Shown: one piece after another, positions 55,776 through 64,000 of the stretch | Numbering within the stretch: position 1 is the first letter of the stretch | How the letters are laid out: each line of letters opens with the position of its first letter | Source of the DNA: the human T2T-CHM13v2.0 reference genome, Homo sapiens | Assembly: GCF_009914755.1 (NCBI RefSeq) | Contig: NC_060925.1 | Length of the DNA: 64,000 nt | Direction: 5' to 3' (one strand) | Notes under the pieces: model-generated | Seen by the model: the letters and a program-made list of their open reading frames with translations, nothing else | The model's database searches: none | What the model was told of the DNA's origin: nothing | Translations under genes and position numbers: made by a program

Positions 55776-56792
55776 ATGGGGAAAAAACAGAACAGAAAAA
55801 CTGGAAACTCTAAAACGCAGAGCGCCTCTCCTCCTCCAAAGGAACGCAGTTCCTCACCAGCAACAGAACAAAGCTGGATGGAGAATGATTTTGACGAGCT
55901 GAGAGAAGAAGGCTTCAGACGATCAAATTACTCTGAGCTACGGGAGGACATTCAAACCAAAGGCAAAGAAGTTGAAAACTTTGAAAAAAATTTAGAAGAA
56001 TGTATAACTAGAATAACCAATACAGAGAAGTGCTTAAAGGAGCTGATGGAGCTGAAAACCAAGGCTCGAGAACTACGTGAAGAATGCAGAAGCCTCAGGA
56101 GCCGATGCAATCAACTGGAAGAAAGGGTATCAGCAATGGAAGATGAAATGAATGAAATGAAGCGAGAAGGGAAGTTTAGAGAAAAAAGAATAAAAAGAAA
56201 TGAGCAAAGCCTCCAAGAAATATGGGACTATGTGAAAAGACCAAATCTACGTCTGATTGGTGTACCTGAAAGTGATGGGGAGAATGGAACCAAGTTGGAA
56301 AACACTCTGCAGGATATTATCCAGGAGAACTTCCCCAATCTAGCAAGGCAGGCCAACGTTCAGATTCAGGAAATTCAGAGAACGCCACAAAGATACTCCT
56401 CGAGAAGAGCAACTCCAAGACACATAATTGTCAGATTCACCAAAGTTGAAATGAAGGAAAAAATGTTAAGGGCAGCCAGAGAGAAAGGTCGGGTTACCCT
56501 CAAAGGGAAGCCCATCAGACTAACAGCGGATCTCTCGGCAGAAACCCTACAAGCCAGAAGAGAGTGGGGGCCAATATTCAACATTCTTAAAGAAAAGAAT
56601 TTTCAATCCAGAATTTCATATCCAGCCAAACTAAGCTTCATAAGTGAAGGAGAAATAAAATACTTTATAGACAAGCAAATGCTGAGAGATTTTGTCACCA
56701 CCAGGCCTGCCCTAAAAGAGCTCCTGAAGGAAGCGCTAAACATGGAAAGGAACAACCGGTACCAGCCGCTGCAAAATCATGCCAAAATGTAA
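55776..56792 (+). CDS. L1 ORF1p, 338 aa, intact
   Basis: MGKKQNRKTGNSK...NHAKM, full length; REKG, ARR and YPAKLS motifs intact. Confidence 0.95.
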   Translation: MGKKQNRKTGNSKTQSASPPPKERSSSPATEQSWMENDFDELREEGFRRSNYSELREDIQTKGKEVENFEKNLEECITRITNTEKCLKELMELKTKARELREECRSLRSRCNQLEERVSAMEDEMNEMKREGKFREKRIKRNEQSLQEIWDYVKRPNLRLIGVPESDGENGTKLENTLQDIIQENFPNLARQANVQIQEIQRTPQRYSSRRATPRHIIVRFTKVEMKEKMLRAAREKGRVTLKGKPIRLTADLSAETLQARREWGPIFNILKEKNFQSRISYPAKLSFISEGEIKYFIDKQMLRDFVTTRPALKELLKEALNMERNNRYQPLQNHAKM

Positions 56793-56831
56793 AGACCATC
56801 GAGACTAGGAAGAAACTGCATCAACTAATGA

Positions 56832-60683
<3,852 letters not shown>

Positions 60684-60910
60684 ACAATGAGATCACATGG
60701 ACACAGGAAGGGGAATATCACACTCTGGGGACTGTGGTGGGGTCGGGGGAGGGGGGAGGGATAGCATTGGGAGATATACCTAATGCTAGATGACACGTTA
60801 GTGGGTGCAGCGCACCAGCATGGCACATGTATACATATGTAACTAACCTGCACAATGTGCACATGTACTCTAAAACTTAGAGTATAATAAAAAAAAAAAT
60901 TAAAAAAAAA

Positions 60911-61670
<760 letters not shown>

Positions 61671-62428
61671 TTATCAATTTTTAAAAAGCAAAAAATTGGC
61701 AAAAAAATCCTTAAATCTGTATTATTTACCATATATTACATATAAAGCAACATCAAAATGATAAATCTATAACATAAAGTTTAAATGATTTTTCTATTTA
61801 CATATATCATGTAAAACTACTGCATCATTTTGGTCATACTAAATATTTGAGGAACTATAGAAGACTATAACATAAAATGCAAATGGAATAAATTCATCCA
61901 GTAGTCTTGCATGCCATATTTTTTAAAGAAAGTAAAGCTATAGGTAAGAACTATTTTAAAATAAAAAAAGTGATAATTCAACTTCTATATGTAAATGACT
62001 CAGATACTACTGTGACAAGGAGAGAACTGATCACTTATTTATGGCAGTAACGCTTACTTCTAAGTACACAGAAACAATAAGAGTATATTTAACAAAGATT
62101 TCATATTGTCAACTTTTTATTGTTTTTAATGTTTTCAAATATATAGTCTATAGATAAATTAAACAAGTATAAAATAAGTTGAAAGTTTAAACATCTAGCT
62201 CCTATGAGTTTCAATATAAGGACTCCTTCATCACCCATCTACTTGGTAACTTTAAAAGATTCTTCCATATATTCCGCACACATGCATTTTTGTCTCACAG
62301 TTGATCAAGAGAAAATAATTTTAGCAATCCATGTTCACTAGTAGTTATACTAGCAACAGCAGCAGTAATAGTAGCAACAATCATAATACTTCAACTTTAA
62401 ATTTTTTAAAAAATTATGTGGTACCAAC

Positions 62429-62472
62429 CTGGTCTCCAAAGTCCTCTGGGAATTTCCACAATACCACAGGAT
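62429..62472 (-). CDS. DENND1B: DENND1B coding exon (exon 3, 44 nt)
   Basis: Minus strand tttacag|ATCCTGTGGTATTGTGGAAATTCCCAGAGGACTTTGGAGACCAG|gttggt; translates (D)PVVLWKFPEDFGDQ, matching the DENND1B N-terminal uDENN region; ends in phase 0, compatible with the next exon. Confidence 0.96.
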
Positions 62473-64000
62473 CTGTAAATAATTGACATGTATAATTAAA
62501 CAGCAGCAAAAGAACACATTTAAAGGAACAGTCTTGGTTAAACACTCTTAAAATTGTCAAAGCTACTTTAATTACAACATTTAAATTTTTCTTTAAACAT
62601 TTATAGTTGATGACATTCACTTCTCTTCCTTTCTATAATTAAATATTTTGATTTTTTAAGAAATGTAATGACCTTCAAAATAGAAATAAATGATATTAAT
62701 AACTTGGTCAGGTTATTAAAAATCATTACTGTATTTCTTTTAGCAACTCACTTTTTATTGACATACCTTAGATTTTAAGATTTTAAACTCTGAATTTTCT
62801 ATTTTAACTACACTTTTAAAATACTGGTATTCCTTTGAAAAGAAAAATACAAATGTATCAAGTATGTAATAAAATATATTATAGCTCTCAGAGACTAGAC
62901 CAAAATACACCTTAAATATCCATTTAAAATTCCAATTAAGATTTACAAAAACTGTAATAATATTTGCCTTATATCAGTTTTTAAATCTCATATTTGCAGT
63001 AATAGATAAGTTGGTAAGTAGATATAAAGCAGTTCATTTAAAATACAATTGATATTTGCAGGGCATTTCACAGAAATTTTTCTAGCATGTTTTATCTAGT
63101 AATTAATATATATAAATCAATATTGTTTATAAATATTCACACCAGTTTTTCATTTTCTTTGTTTCTCACAGTATTTCTCTTCTACTTAGCACACTAAAAT
63201 GCTAAGATCTTAGTTTAGTAAGCACTAATAAATATTTTAGCCATATACTTATTGTTTAATTCTGTCAAAAATAAACTTCTGAATACTTCAAATGTGTTTT
63301 AAAGGGATAGTGTATAATGGATTATTTCTTCTGGGCAAAAAAAAAACAAAACTTGAAAGCCCAAGATAAGACTAATGTGTGTAACAAGTACCACCCATAT
63401 GACAGGGTTTGAACTCCATGCCAAGTAAAAGGACTTGTGGATCAAAGATAACACTTCATGTACCAATCAGTGAAAACTTACAGCTTGATTCCATTATTTC
63501 CAATATTTCATACCATTTTCTAAAAAACACAACCTAAGGATACATATATATTTCAAAATTTTTAATTATAAAACTCAATAAATGTCTAGCAACATTTTTA
63601 GCATGAGCTGGCTCCTCTTGTGTTTATACTTAAGTTCCACAGAATTTTTTTCAGGTATTTTAAATTAAAAAGAAAAAAGTAAGCTTTCGACAATTAAACT
63701 TTTTATTTATTAAGGACTAAAAAGTTTCCATATAAATAATAAAAATCAATAATTTAAAACATCTTATATAAGAATAATACATTACAAATTTATGAAGGTA
63801 ATATTAAATGATTATATCCTCATGTAAAACAAAATGCATACATTTCTAAAATGAATGTGGAATGCATTACACATCACCTAAAAACACTCAAACATAAATA
63901 TCTTGTGGATAATTATATTCCCAATTAAAAAAAATAGACATATATTTATATGGCAGTTTTACCAAAATGGTAGCTGCTAAAATTTGAATCTCATAAAACA

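Noticed and set aside
60727-60771. G-quadruplex-forming tract
   Set aside because: Standard feature of the L1HS 3'UTR, not locus-specific.
62414-62620. 68-aa ORF containing DENND1B residues
   Set aside because: Only 62429-62472 is exonic; the rest is intronic read-through.

Overview
Human (primate) AT-rich genomic DNA lying inside the DENND1B gene (connecdenn 2, Rab35 GEF), which is transcribed on the - strand. Four small coding exons were identified by translation and GT/AG boundaries: exon 3 (62429-62472), exon 4 (21270-21319), exon 5 (19187-19306) and exon 6 (5440-5509). They splice in frame to [95 protein letters not shown] (uDENN region). Exon numbers come from my recall of the protein. 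Everything else is intron, filled with repeats. These include a full-length pre-Ta L1HS (intact ORF1, ORF2 broken by two frameshifts and a stop), a 5'-truncated L1PA8A-like element, several old L1M elements, about 10 Alus, MIR/L2/MaLR/DNA-transposon relics and a Y3 RNA retrocopy. There is also a full-length EEF1A1 processed pseudogene nested in an old L1 and itself interrupted by a THE1 LTR and an unexpected L2-like insert. I found no new protein-coding system; most listed ORFs are repeat-derived or spurious. The most unusual signals are: several locally templated insertion scars (a direct-plus-inverted copy of a segment 2 kb away; an exact 54-bp copy inside an L1; a tandem duplication followed by a hairpin), an ancient L2 fragment inside a much younger retrocopy, a split EN/RT layout of the L1HS ORF2 with the antisense promoter facing DENND1B exon 4, and palindromic AT-rich minisatellites flanking the L1HS. 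Repeat boundaries and subfamilies are by eye and approximate.
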